60,427 bases of DNA from contig JAQUUL010000001.1 of assembly GCA_028693895.1 (NCBI GenBank), positions 1 to 60,427 of the forward strand. The letters are read 5' to 3'. Positions 8,682 to 17,332 of this stretch are shown piece after piece. Source of the stretch: Minisyncoccota bacterium (lineage in GTDB: Bacteria; Patescibacteriota; Minisyncoccia; Minisyncoccales; Minisyncoccaceae). Each line of letters opens with the position of its first letter. The first letter of the stretch is position 1. A program made the translations under genes and the position numbers. The notes under the pieces were generated by a model. It had not been told where the DNA came from and ran no database searches. It saw only the letters and a list, made by a program, of their open reading frames with translations.

Positions 8682-9656
8682 ATGAAAAAAGAAAATACAG
8701 AAGTTAGATATGATATTGTTTCTAACGAATGGATAATAATATCACCTAAAAGAGGAGCAAGACCAAATAATTTTCAAGAAGCAAGAGATTGCCCGTTTTG
8801 TGATCTTAAAGATCAAGAAAAACCAAAATTCTATTTCTATAAAGGAAAAGAAAGTAATGGAAAAAAATGGACTACAGTGGTTATTCCCAATAAATATCCA
8901 GTTTTTAATTTAGAGAATAAGAATAAAAAAATTAAAGATGGCGTTTATAGTAAAATAATTGGAAAAGGACATCACGATTTAATAATTACTAAAGAGCATG
9001 ATAAATTTTTATCACAATTAGAAGATACAAGATCAGAGGAGGTATTTACCTGCATACAAAAGTTGATTAATAGTTATAAAGATAATAATTTTGTAAAGCA
9101 AGTTGCTATTTTTCATAATAAAGGAGAAAAATCTGGAGCAAGTCAGCCACATCCTCATTATCAAGTAATGACATTGCCAATTATAGAAAGAGAATTTAAG
9201 ACGGAACTGGAAAGTTTTAATAAGTTCTACAAGAAGAATAAAAAATGTCTATATTGCGAAATAAACAAAAGGGAATTAAAAGAAAAAGAAAGAATAGTTT
9301 TAGAAAATGAGCATTTTATAGCTTTTTGTCCATTTGCTCCTAAGGTAGGATTCCAGGTTGTTATTTCTCCAAAAAGACATAATCCAAATTTCGAAAAAAT
9401 TACAGAAGAAGAAAAGAAATCATTATCAAAGATATTTAAGAAGATGCTTTATAAATATGATAATATACTTAAAGAAAAAAATTATAACTTTTTTATTCAT
9501 ACAGCACCACTTAATAAAGAATATCCATATTTTCATTGGTACATGGTTTTTTATCCAAGAAGTTCTTCTTTAGGTGGATTAGAAATGGGATTTAGAATAG
9601 AAATTTCACAAGCTATGCCAGAAGAACAAGCAAAGATATTGAGAGAAGGGAAATAA
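8682..9656 (+). CDS. galT: Galactose-1-phosphate uridylyltransferase (class I GalT / HIT superfamily)
   Basis: CPFCD zinc motif, active-site SQPHPHYQV (HxHxQ), and a duplicated half-barrel layout. Confidence 0.7.
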   Translation: MKKENTEVRYDIVSNEWIIISPKRGARPNNFQEARDCPFCDLKDQEKPKFYFYKGKESNGKKWTTVVIPNKYPVFNLENKNKKIKDGVYSKIIGKGHHDLIITKEHDKFLSQLEDTRSEEVFTCIQKLINSYKDNNFVKQVAIFHNKGEKSGASQPHPHYQVMTLPIIEREFKTELESFNKFYKKNKKCLYCEINKRELKEKERIVLENEHFIAFCPFAPKVGFQVVISPKRHNPNFEKITEEEKKSLSKIFKKMLYKYDNILKEKNYNFFIHTAPLNKEYPYFHWYMVFYPRSSSLGGLEMGFRIEISQAMPEEQAKILREGK

Positions 9657-9719
9657 TTACTTGTAAATAAATTTGTTATATTATAAAATAGAAATATAAT
9701 TATAATAATTTAAAAAAAT

Positions 9720-10121
9720 ATGAAAGGATATAAAGACAATATTGAAAAACTAACAACAGAAAATAATAATTTTAGAAAAGTTTTGTATACTGGCAAAAAT
9801 AGCCAATTAGTTTTAATGAGTTTGAAGCCATTAGAAGAAATTGGTTTAGAAGTTCACGAGCATAATGATCAATTTTTCCGTTTTGAGACTGGTCATGGCA
9901 AGGTGATTATTGATGATAATACATATGATGTTGTTGATGGAGATGCTGTTATAGTTCCAGCTGGGGCACAACACAATATTATTAACATTTCAGACAATGA
10001 AGATTTAAGATTATATACAATTTACTCTCCTGCACATCATAAAGATGGTATCGTTAGGGCTACTAAAGAGGAAGCAGAAAGCAATGACGAAGAATTTGAT
10101 GGAGAAACAACAGAATCTTAA
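9720..10121 (+). CDS. Cupin domain protein with an acidic C-terminal tail
   Basis: G.EVHEH.......GHG......Y.V..GD.V.VPAG..HN cupin motifs 1 and 2. Confidence 0.65.
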   Translation: MKGYKDNIEKLTTENNNFRKVLYTGKNSQLVLMSLKPLEEIGLEVHEHNDQFFRFETGHGKVIIDDNTYDVVDGDAVIVPAGAQHNIINISDNEDLRLYTIYSPAHHKDGIVRATKEEAESNDEEFDGETTES

Positions 10122-10123
10122 CT

Positions 10124-11050
10124 ATGAAAACAGGGGCTAAAATAGTTTTAATTATTTTGGTTTCTATTTTTTCTTTATATATTTTTTTTAAAGAAGAGAT
10201 TGATTTTAATTTCAAAAAACAATTTTTAAATCCTTGTAGTTCTCCCATACAATACACAATTGGATCTATTGATAGTCAATTTGATTTAGAAAAAGAATAT
10301 CTAATTTCAATAATAAAACAATCTGCTGAAGAGTGGAATTTAGCTATGGACAAAAAATTATTTGAATATTCAGATAATTCGGGGATTAAAATAAATTTTA
10401 TATATGATTACAGACAAGATACAACAGAAAAAATAGATGATATTGATTCTACCTATCAAGAAAAACTTGATAGGTATTATGATTTAGATGCTGAATACAA
10501 AGAAGATATTAATATATATAACATTAAAAAAGAAGAAATAGATAATTTAATATCTTTGTATAATAAAAAAGCTAATGAATATGAGAAAGATGTTGATTTA
10601 TGGAATAAATCTCAAAAAAATTCAAGCAAAGAATATAATCGTCTTAATAACGAAAAAGAGGAATTAGATAAAATGCTTTTGGAAATAGAAAATAAAAAAA
10701 TAGTAATTAACAATCTTTCAAACGATATTAATTATTTAGTTAACAGAATAAATAGACTATCGGTTGATTTGAATATTAATGTTAATGAATATAACGAAAC
10801 AATTTCTAAGCTTGAAAATAATTTTGAACAAGGAAGTTATGTTAAGGGCTTCGGATTAAAAGAAATTAATATCTATCAATTCAAAGATGAAGATAGTCTA
10901 AAGCAAGTTTTAATACATGAATTTGGACATGCTTTAGGATTAGATCATTTTACTAATCCAGAAGATATAATGTATTGGATTAATACAGAGAATGAACAAT
11001 TTATAACAGAAAGTAGTTTAGATAGTCTAAAAATTATCTGTTATGAATAA
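10124..11050 (+). CDS. Membrane-anchored matrixin-like zinc metalloprotease with a long coiled-coil insert
   Basis: HEFGHALGLDH zinc-binding motif near the C-terminus, an N-terminal TM segment, and a central heptad-like Lys/Glu/Asn region. Confidence 0.65.
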   Translation: MKTGAKIVLIILVSIFSLYIFFKEEIDFNFKKQFLNPCSSPIQYTIGSIDSQFDLEKEYLISIIKQSAEEWNLAMDKKLFEYSDNSGIKINFIYDYRQDTTEKIDDIDSTYQEKLDRYYDLDAEYKEDINIYNIKKEEIDNLISLYNKKANEYEKDVDLWNKSQKNSSKEYNRLNNEKEELDKMLLEIENKKIVINNLSNDINYLVNRINRLSVDLNINVNEYNETISKLENNFEQGSYVKGFGLKEINIYQFKDEDSLKQVLIHEFGHALGLDHFTNPEDIMYWINTENEQFITESSLDSLKIICYE

Positions 11051-11086
11051 GAAATAATTTTATACCTTTTGTTGTAATAATATTAC

Positions 11087-11644
11087 ATGGAAGAATTAAC
11101 AGATGAGCAAATAGTAAAATCTGTAATTAATGGTAATGAGGATATTTATAGGGAAATTATTAAGCGATATGAAAAGAAGCTTTCTCGCTATCTATGTAAG
11201 TTTATAAATAACCCCGAAGATATTGAAGATATTTTACAGATTATCTTTATTAAGACATATAAGAATTTATATGGTTTTAATTTAGATAAAAAGTTTTCTT
11301 CTTGGATATATAGAATATCTCACAATGAAGCAATTAATTATCTTAAAAAGTACAAAAATAATAGAATTTGCTTAGATGATATTGAGTATAAGTTAATAGA
11401 CGAGAAAATAGATATTAAAAAAGAAACAGACAGAATATTTTTAAAAAAAGACATTGAAGACGCTTTAAATAATATAGATATTAAATATAGAGAACCAATA
11501 GTGTTATTTTATTTAGAGGAAATGTCTTATGATGAAATTAGCGATATTTTAAGGATTCCTAAAAACACAGTTGGAACATTAATCTTGAGAGGTAAAAAAA
11601 TATTGAAAGAGGAATTAAGTGAAATTAAAAAAAATTATGAATGA
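11087..11644 (+). CDS. ECF-type RNA polymerase sigma-70 family factor
   Basis: Region 2 (FSSWIYRISHNEAINYLKK) and region 4 HTH (MSYDEISDILRIPKNTVGTLILRGKK). Confidence 0.8.
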   Translation: MEELTDEQIVKSVINGNEDIYREIIKRYEKKLSRYLCKFINNPEDIEDILQIIFIKTYKNLYGFNLDKKFSSWIYRISHNEAINYLKKYKNNRICLDDIEYKLIDEKIDIKKETDRIFLKKDIEDALNNIDIKYREPIVLFYLEEMSYDEISDILRIPKNTVGTLILRGKKILKEELSEIKKNYE

Positions 11645-12458
11645 AAAAATAGAGAATAAAATAATGGATAAAATCAAGAATGGCCAAATAAAACTTAAAT
11701 CAAAGTATATTTTTTGGGCAGAAAAATTAGGATTAGGTACAGCCTTTACATTATCAATTATATTGTCAATATTATTTTTTAATCTTATTCTTTTTTATTT
11801 AAAAGAAACAGATAATCTTAAGTATCTTAGTTTTGGTAAATTAGGAGTACTAGCCTTTTTGGAGACATTTCCTTATATCTTAGTGATATTTTTCATATTA
11901 CTAACTATCCTTTCGGGTTATTTAATTACAAAAAGTGATACATCATACAGGAAACCTTTTGGACAAATAATCATTATTATGATTTCTATAATTATCTTTT
12001 TTGGAGCTATTCTTACTTTTACAAATTTACCCAATGAGATTGAAAATTATTCCATGAATATGAATGAAAAGTTTTTACTACCTTTTGATAATAATAGAGA
12101 GAGGGGTGTTTCGGGAATTATTTATGATTTACATGATGATTATTTAATATTAAAGACGCCTCAAGGTCTAAGGACTGTAAGATTTGATAATAATTATGAT
12201 TTAAGGGAGGGTCAATTTATCATTTCTGTAGGCGAAACAAAACAATTTGATTTTTTCGCCAAGGATATTAAAATTATAAAGAAAGAAGATGTTCCTGCGA
12301 TAGGAAGAGCAATTAATTTTAGATTTTCTCCTTTTAATGATGGAAGTATTCCTCCTGAACTACTTTTCTTTAACGAAAAGGAAAAAGAATGTATTTTTAA
12401 ATGTATGGAAACTAATAATAAAAAAATAAATTGTTTTAAAGAGTGTAAAGAATTTTAA
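11637..12458 (+). CDS. Putative anti-sigma factor or membrane protein translationally coupled to the ECF sigma gene
   Basis: The ATG at 11637 overlaps the sigma stop by 8 nt. Four predicted TM segments are followed by an extracytoplasmic domain. Assigned by position only. Confidence 0.4.
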   Translation: MNEKIENKIMDKIKNGQIKLKSKYIFWAEKLGLGTAFTLSIILSILFFNLILFYLKETDNLKYLSFGKLGVLAFLETFPYILVIFFILLTILSGYLITKSDTSYRKPFGQIIIIMISIIIFFGAILTFTNLPNEIENYSMNMNEKFLLPFDNNRERGVSGIIYDLHDDYLILKTPQGLRTVRFDNNYDLREGQFIISVGETKQFDFFAKDIKIIKKEDVPAIGRAINFRFSPFNDGSIPPELLFFNEKEKECIFKCMETNNKKINCFKECKEF

Positions 12459-12516
12459 TTGCTTTTTTTAATAATATATCTTAAAATATATCCAATAATG
12501 ATATATTTTATTTTAT

Positions 12517-14460
12517 ATGTTTAAAAAAATATTGCTTCTCTTTTTATTTTTTGTTCCCTTATTTTTTATAGTTCAATATTCATCGGGAACGATTCTTGAT
12601 AATAGTTCCTTTTTGCCAGTGATTAAAAGCATTGATATTGACCCTTTCTCTATAGAATCAAATAATTATTTTATAATTACAATTACTGCAGAAGGAGATA
12701 TTTCTTCTATCTTAGTAAGGCTTGCAAGTCCTACGGAGTTAAATAAAACAGAAGTTAATTTAAAAAAAGTTGATCAAAATTGGAGTGCAAGTTTTTCAAT
12801 CCCTTCTGATTTTGAAAAAGGAGATTGGATCATTAGCGAAATAATCTTTACTGATAAATCAGGAGTCATTAAAAAATATGGCTCTAATATAATTAAAAAA
12901 TCCTTTAATGTTGAAAAAGAAGTTTCGTTAGATATCTTAGATACAGAAGCGATAAATGAACAGAAAAAGCAGGTTTGTGTGCAAGATGGTGGAATTTGGG
13001 ATTCAGAAAAAATAATATGTAAATGTTCTTTTAATTATTCTGATTGGTCAGAATGTAGCTCTGAAGGATTTAGAATAAGAACTATTTTAAGTTCTTATCC
13101 TGATAATTGTTTTATTAACGATTCAATAACAAAAGAAGAATGTGAATACGTTGTCCCTAAAGAGGAAAACAAAGAACAAATAAATAATGTTGAAGAAGTA
13201 AAAGAGGAAGAGATTGTTGAAGAAGTAAAAAAGGAAGAGATTGTTGAAGAAGTAAAAGAAGAAATTAAAAGGATACAGTGTATCTTTACTTATTCTTCTT
13301 GGTCAGAGTGTCAGCCTAATGGAACACAAACACGAAAATCTTTTTCTAAGATGCCTGCCAATTGTTCTATTGGATCTCCAATTTTAGTTAGAAATTGTGA
13401 ATATGTTGCCCCTGTGAAAGAGGAAGAGATTGTTGAAGAAAAAGTTATATTAGGAGATTGCGAGAAGGCAGGAATAACAGATAAGGTGGAGTGCGATATG
13501 TATCTTTATAAATTGAAAACTGTTCCTGCTTGTTTATCTTTAGGAATTAAAGATAAAAATGGATGTCGAGAATATTTTTTAAATAATTATAGTAAACCAT
13601 TAAAATGTGTTGAATTAAGTAATGAAGAATGTCTTTCGTTAATAGATAATGTTATTTTATCTGAACTTGATACAATGTTGGACGAAGATGATAACGAAAT
13701 TTTATCAAATATTGCTGGAGAAAAAATAGCTATTCAAAAAGAAAATCAAAAAATAATAATAAAGACAGAAAATCAAGAAATTAATGTAAATAAATTACCA
13801 ATTGTTATTTCAGAAGAAACAAGTGCGATATTAATTCCTATTGAAAAAAATGAAATTCAACAAAATCTTTCATCTGTAGGAATTTCTATCAATAACAGTA
13901 ATAGCAACTTGCCTGATGATGTAATAAATAGGATAGGTGAAAATTATAATATAGATAAATTAAAAGGAGTGGATAGGGCAATAGTTGAAAAAATACCATT
14001 AGAACAGCCAAAATTTTCTGAATCTCAAGGAGAAAAATTATTAGTTTCTACAGTTAAAACCGATGATTCTAAATTAATTATTGAAGGCAAGGCAGAACCA
14101 AATCAAGTTATTACATTGTTTATATATAGTTCAATGCCGATAGTAGTTACAGTTGAAACAGATCAAGATGGTAATTGGATATACTCCTTGGATAAATCAA
14201 TGGTTGATGGAACCCATGAAGTATATGCAGTTCTTCATAATGATAAAGGAAAAATAATTGAATCAAGTATGCCGAAAATGTTCTTTATTGAGGAAGCTCA
14301 AGCTGTATCAATTGATGAAACATTTTTACAAGGCAACGTCTCTCAAGTTAATACTAAAGCAGAAGATATTCTTAAATTATATTTGTTAGGAGGAATATCA
14401 ATTATAGTGATTTTAATTTCTATTCTTTTAATCATTAAAAATAGAACAGAGGAAGATTAA
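12517..14460 (+). CDS. Large secreted, C-terminally anchored surface protein with Cys-repeat, Glu-rich linker and Ig-like regions
   Basis: Signal peptide, two about 46-aa CxxxxYSxWSEC...R...C...CEYV.P repeats, EEVKEEEIV linkers, a terminal TM segment (LLGGISIIVILISILLII) and a charged tail. Confidence 0.6.
   Translation: MFKKILLLFLFFVPLFFIVQYSSGTILDNSSFLPVIKSIDIDPFSIESNNYFIITITAEGDISSILVRLASPTELNKTEVNLKKVDQNWSASFSIPSDFEKGDWIISEIIFTDKSGVIKKYGSNIIKKSFNVEKEVSLDILDTEAINEQKKQVCVQDGGIWDSEKIICKCSFNYSDWSECSSEGFRIRTILSSYPDNCFINDSITKEECEYVVPKEENKEQINNVEEVKEEEIVEEVKKEEIVEEVKEEIKRIQCIFTYSSWSECQPNGTQTRKSFSKMPANCSIGSPILVRNCEYVAPVKEEEIVEEKVILGDCEKAGITDKVECDMYLYKLKTVPACLSLGIKDKNGCREYFLNNYSKPLKCVELSNEECLSLIDNVILSELDTMLDEDDNEILSNIAGEKIAIQKENQKIIIKTENQEINVNKLPIVISEETSAILIPIEKNEIQQNLSSVGISINNSNSNLPDDVINRIGENYNIDKLKGVDRAIVEKIPLEQPKFSESQGEKLLVSTVKTDDSKLIIEGKAEPNQVITLFIYSSMPIVVTVETDQDGNWIYSLDKSMVDGTHEVYAVLHNDKGKIIESSMPKMFFIEEAQAVSIDETFLQGNVSQVNTKAEDILKLYLLGGISIIVILISILLIIKNRTEED
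13189..13266 (+). repeat. 27-nt tandem coding repeat (VEEVKEEEI units)
   Basis: gttgaagaagtaaaa[g/a]aggaagagatt occurs about 2.9 times. Confidence 0.8.
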
Positions 14461-14483
14461 AAATAGAAACTAAAAAATTAAGT

Positions 14484-14927
14484 GTGCATTCAATTATCGA
14501 AAAAATAATAGATGAAATGAGCATTCAAGCTAAACAGAAAAATCTTAATTTATTTCTTGAAAAAAATAATGAAGTTAAAGATTTAATTGAAATTGATGAA
14601 GACCGTTTTAGGCAAGTCTTAATAAACTTAATAGGTAATGCTATTAAATACACTAATTCAGGAAGCGTAGAAGTAAAAACATTTAATAAAAATGATAATT
14701 TAATAATAACTATTAAAGATACAGGTATTGGAATGAACACAAAAGAAAGAGAAAGATTGTTCGAGAAATTTTATAGAGTAAAAAATAAAAAAACTGAAGA
14801 TGTTGTTGGAACAGGATTAGGATTATGGATTACTAAACAAATTGTTGAATTAATGAAGGGTTCAATATCGGTTGATTCAATTGAAGATGTTGGAACACAA
14901 ATTACATTAGAATTTCCTTTAATCTAA
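14484..14927 (+). CDS. Stand-alone histidine-kinase catalytic (HATPase_c) domain lacking a DHp/H-box; possible gene remnant
   Basis: N box (NLIGNAIKYT), G1 (DTGIGM), F (FEKFYRV) and G2 (GTGLGLWI) are present. GTG start, only 147 aa, and the preceding gene ends 23 nt upstream. Confidence 0.6.
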   Translation: MHSIIEKIIDEMSIQAKQKNLNLFLEKNNEVKDLIEIDEDRFRQVLINLIGNAIKYTNSGSVEVKTFNKNDNLIITIKDTGIGMNTKERERLFEKFYRVKNKKTEDVVGTGLGLWITKQIVELMKGSISVDSIEDVGTQITLEFPLI

Positions 14928-14967
14928 AAAAGTTGCTATTAGAATAATTCTTTAGTAGAATATAGAC

Positions 14968-16143
14968 ATGAATAATATTAGAAATCAAAATATAAGAGGA
15001 TTAAGAGTATTAGTTAGATGTGATTTAAATGTTCCGATTAATAATGGAATTGTTGTAGATGACTTTAGAATTAAAAAATTAATACCTACTATAGATTTTT
15101 TAAGAGAAAATGGTGCTAAAATTATATTAATTACTCATTTAGGTCAACCTAAAAAAAAGAACTTAGCGTATTCTGTTAAACCAGCAGCAAAAAGGCTATG
15201 GCAATTAATAGGGGGCAGAGTTAAGTTTATTAGTGATACAGTTGGATTAAGAGTTGAGGCAGAGATAAGAAGAATGGAAAATGGAGAAGTTGCTGTTTTA
15301 GAAAACCTTAGATTCTATAAGGGAGAAATAGAAAATAGTGATGATTTTTCAAAAAGACTATCAAGGCTTGGAGATATTTTTATTCAAGATGGATTTGGGG
15401 CTTGTCATCGAGAGCATGCGTCAATAGTTGGTGTTCCTAAGATATTACCATCTTTCCCTGGATTATTATTAGAAAAAGAAATTAAAGTTCTTTCAGATGC
15501 ATTGGTTCTTCCAGAAAGACCACTTGTATCAATTATTGGTGGAATTAAAGCTTCTACCAAGATAAAAGTTATTAAAAATTTATTAGAAAAATCAGATTAT
15601 GTGCTTTTAGGAGGAAAAGTTGCAAATACATTACTTACTTCAAAAGGAATTTATGTTAAAGATTTAATGAGTTCTGAAGAAGAAGAATTGATAGAAATTT
15701 CAAAGGAAATTAATCTTTTTGACCCAAAGCTACAATTACCAATAGATGGAATGATGGGTTTATGTAATTTTGATGAAGAATATATAAGGATAGGAGGAGT
15801 TGGAAATGTTAGAAACGAGGAAGAAATATATGATATTGGCCCTGAAACGATCGAGAAGTATAAGGCGATTTTAAGAGAAGCAAAAACAATAATTTGGAAT
15901 GGACCATTGGGATATTTTGAAAAAGAAAAATTTAGTAATGGAACAATAGAAATTGCTAAAATGATAGGACAAAATAATCATAATGTTTTTTCAATAGTTG
16001 GGGGAGGAGAAACAGTAGAGGCTATTCAAAAGCTTGGCATTGAAGATCAATTTGATCATATATCAACAGGTGGTGGAGCTATGCTTGATTTTATATCAGG
16101 AAAAGAGCTTCCAGGAATAAAAGCATTAGATTATGAAAATTAA
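14968..16143 (+). CDS. pgk: Phosphoglycerate kinase
   Basis: VLVRCDLNVP, ILITHLGQPK, FIQDGFGACHREHAS, GGGE..A and STGGGA motifs. Confidence 0.92.
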   Translation: MNNIRNQNIRGLRVLVRCDLNVPINNGIVVDDFRIKKLIPTIDFLRENGAKIILITHLGQPKKKNLAYSVKPAAKRLWQLIGGRVKFISDTVGLRVEAEIRRMENGEVAVLENLRFYKGEIENSDDFSKRLSRLGDIFIQDGFGACHREHASIVGVPKILPSFPGLLLEKEIKVLSDALVLPERPLVSIIGGIKASTKIKVIKNLLEKSDYVLLGGKVANTLLTSKGIYVKDLMSSEEEELIEISKEINLFDPKLQLPIDGMMGLCNFDEEYIRIGGVGNVRNEEEIYDIGPETIEKYKAILREAKTIIWNGPLGYFEKEKFSNGTIEIAKMIGQNNHNVFSIVGGGETVEAIQKLGIEDQFDHISTGGGAMLDFISGKELPGIKALDYEN

Positions 16144-17281
16144 AAACATTGAAAAAGTAGCAGAAAGGATAATAAAAGCAACAAAAAACAAAGAAAGAAT
16201 TATTATATATGGTGATTCAGATATGGATGGCATATCTTCAATGATTATTCTAAAAGAAACCATAGATAATATCTCTAAAGATAATGATATTCTTGCTTTT
16301 TCTCCAATGCGTAATGATGGGCATGGATTAAATTCCAAAGCCTTGGAATTTATAAAATCTAAAACAAAAGAAGGATTAATTATAACTCTAGATTGTGGAA
16401 TTACTAATTTTGAAGAAATTAAAGATGCTAAAAAAAGCGGTTTTTCTATTGTAGTTGTTGACCATCATAAACCTTTAGATTTTGTCCCTGAAGATGCAGA
16501 GATTGTTGTCGCTCCGAAACAAGAAGGAGACGAAACCTTATTTAAAGAATATGCTAATGTTGGATTAACTTTTAAGTTAGCCGAGGAAATATTAAAAGAT
16601 AAAATGTCTCCGATGCTCCGAGAAAGCTTTTTAGAACTAGTAGCTTTAGGAACAATATCAGATATGATGATTGAGGAAGGAGAGAATAAAGAATGGATAG
16701 AAGAAGGATTAAAAAAGATAGAAATGAGCAATAGGCCATCAATTAGAGCTATTTTTTCAATTTTAAATCCAATGGATTTTACTTCTAAAAGAGATATGGT
16801 TTCAAAAGTAAATAGTGCATTAAACTCTTCTTCAATGAATGAATATGTTCATAAGACATATTTATTTTTATTAGAGAATGATTTTGATAGGGCCGTTGAA
16901 ACTGCAAAAGAACTAATTGACGAGAGTAATAAAAAACAAAGAGAAGTTGCTCAGTTAACGAATGAATTAATAGAAAAATTTTCAAAAGAAGAAAGTAATA
17001 TTATTTTTGATGGTTCTTATTTCTGGAAAGGGGAATACTTGGGTGCAGTAGCTTCAAGATTATGTAACTTTTTTAATAAACCTGTCTTTATATACAGAAA
17101 AGGCGAAGAAAATAGCAGGGGAACTGTAAGGGTTCCTAAGGGGTTTGATGCTGTTAAAGCAATGGATAGTTGTAAGAATCTATTACTTATGTATGGAGGG
17201 CATCCTCCTGCTGCAGGATTTACAATTAAAAATGGAAATATAGATCTTTTTAAAGAATCTCTTATAAAATATTTTAATTAG
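16133..17281 (+). CDS. recJ: Minimal RecJ-like DHH/DHHA1 phosphoesterase (ssDNA exonuclease core)
   Basis: GDSDMDGISS, TLDCGIT, VVVDHH and GGHPPAAGF motifs. Only 382 aa. Overlaps pgk by 11 nt. Confidence 0.6.
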   Translation: MKIKNIEKVAERIIKATKNKERIIIYGDSDMDGISSMIILKETIDNISKDNDILAFSPMRNDGHGLNSKALEFIKSKTKEGLIITLDCGITNFEEIKDAKKSGFSIVVVDHHKPLDFVPEDAEIVVAPKQEGDETLFKEYANVGLTFKLAEEILKDKMSPMLRESFLELVALGTISDMMIEEGENKEWIEEGLKKIEMSNRPSIRAIFSILNPMDFTSKRDMVSKVNSALNSSSMNEYVHKTYLFLLENDFDRAVETAKELIDESNKKQREVAQLTNELIEKFSKEESNIIFDGSYFWKGEYLGAVASRLCNFFNKPVFIYRKGEENSRGTVRVPKGFDAVKAMDSCKNLLLMYGGHPPAAGFTIKNGNIDLFKESLIKYFN

Positions 17282-17288
17282 TCTGGGA

Positions 17289-17317
17289 TTGATTTGTAGT
17301 GTTTTTTTAGTTATAAT
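17289..17317 (+). promoter_or_regulatory. Sigma-70-like promoter upstream of uvrB
   Basis: TTGATT - 17 nt - TATAAT, ending 16 nt before the uvrB ATG. Confidence 0.45.
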
Positions 17318-17332
17318 TAAATTTCAATCAAT

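Noticed and set aside
17282-17332. Looked for a LexA/SOS box upstream of the uvrBAC block
   Set aside because: Neither CTGT-N8-ACAG nor CGAAC-N4-GTTCG-like palindromes are present; only a sigma-70-like promoter was seen.
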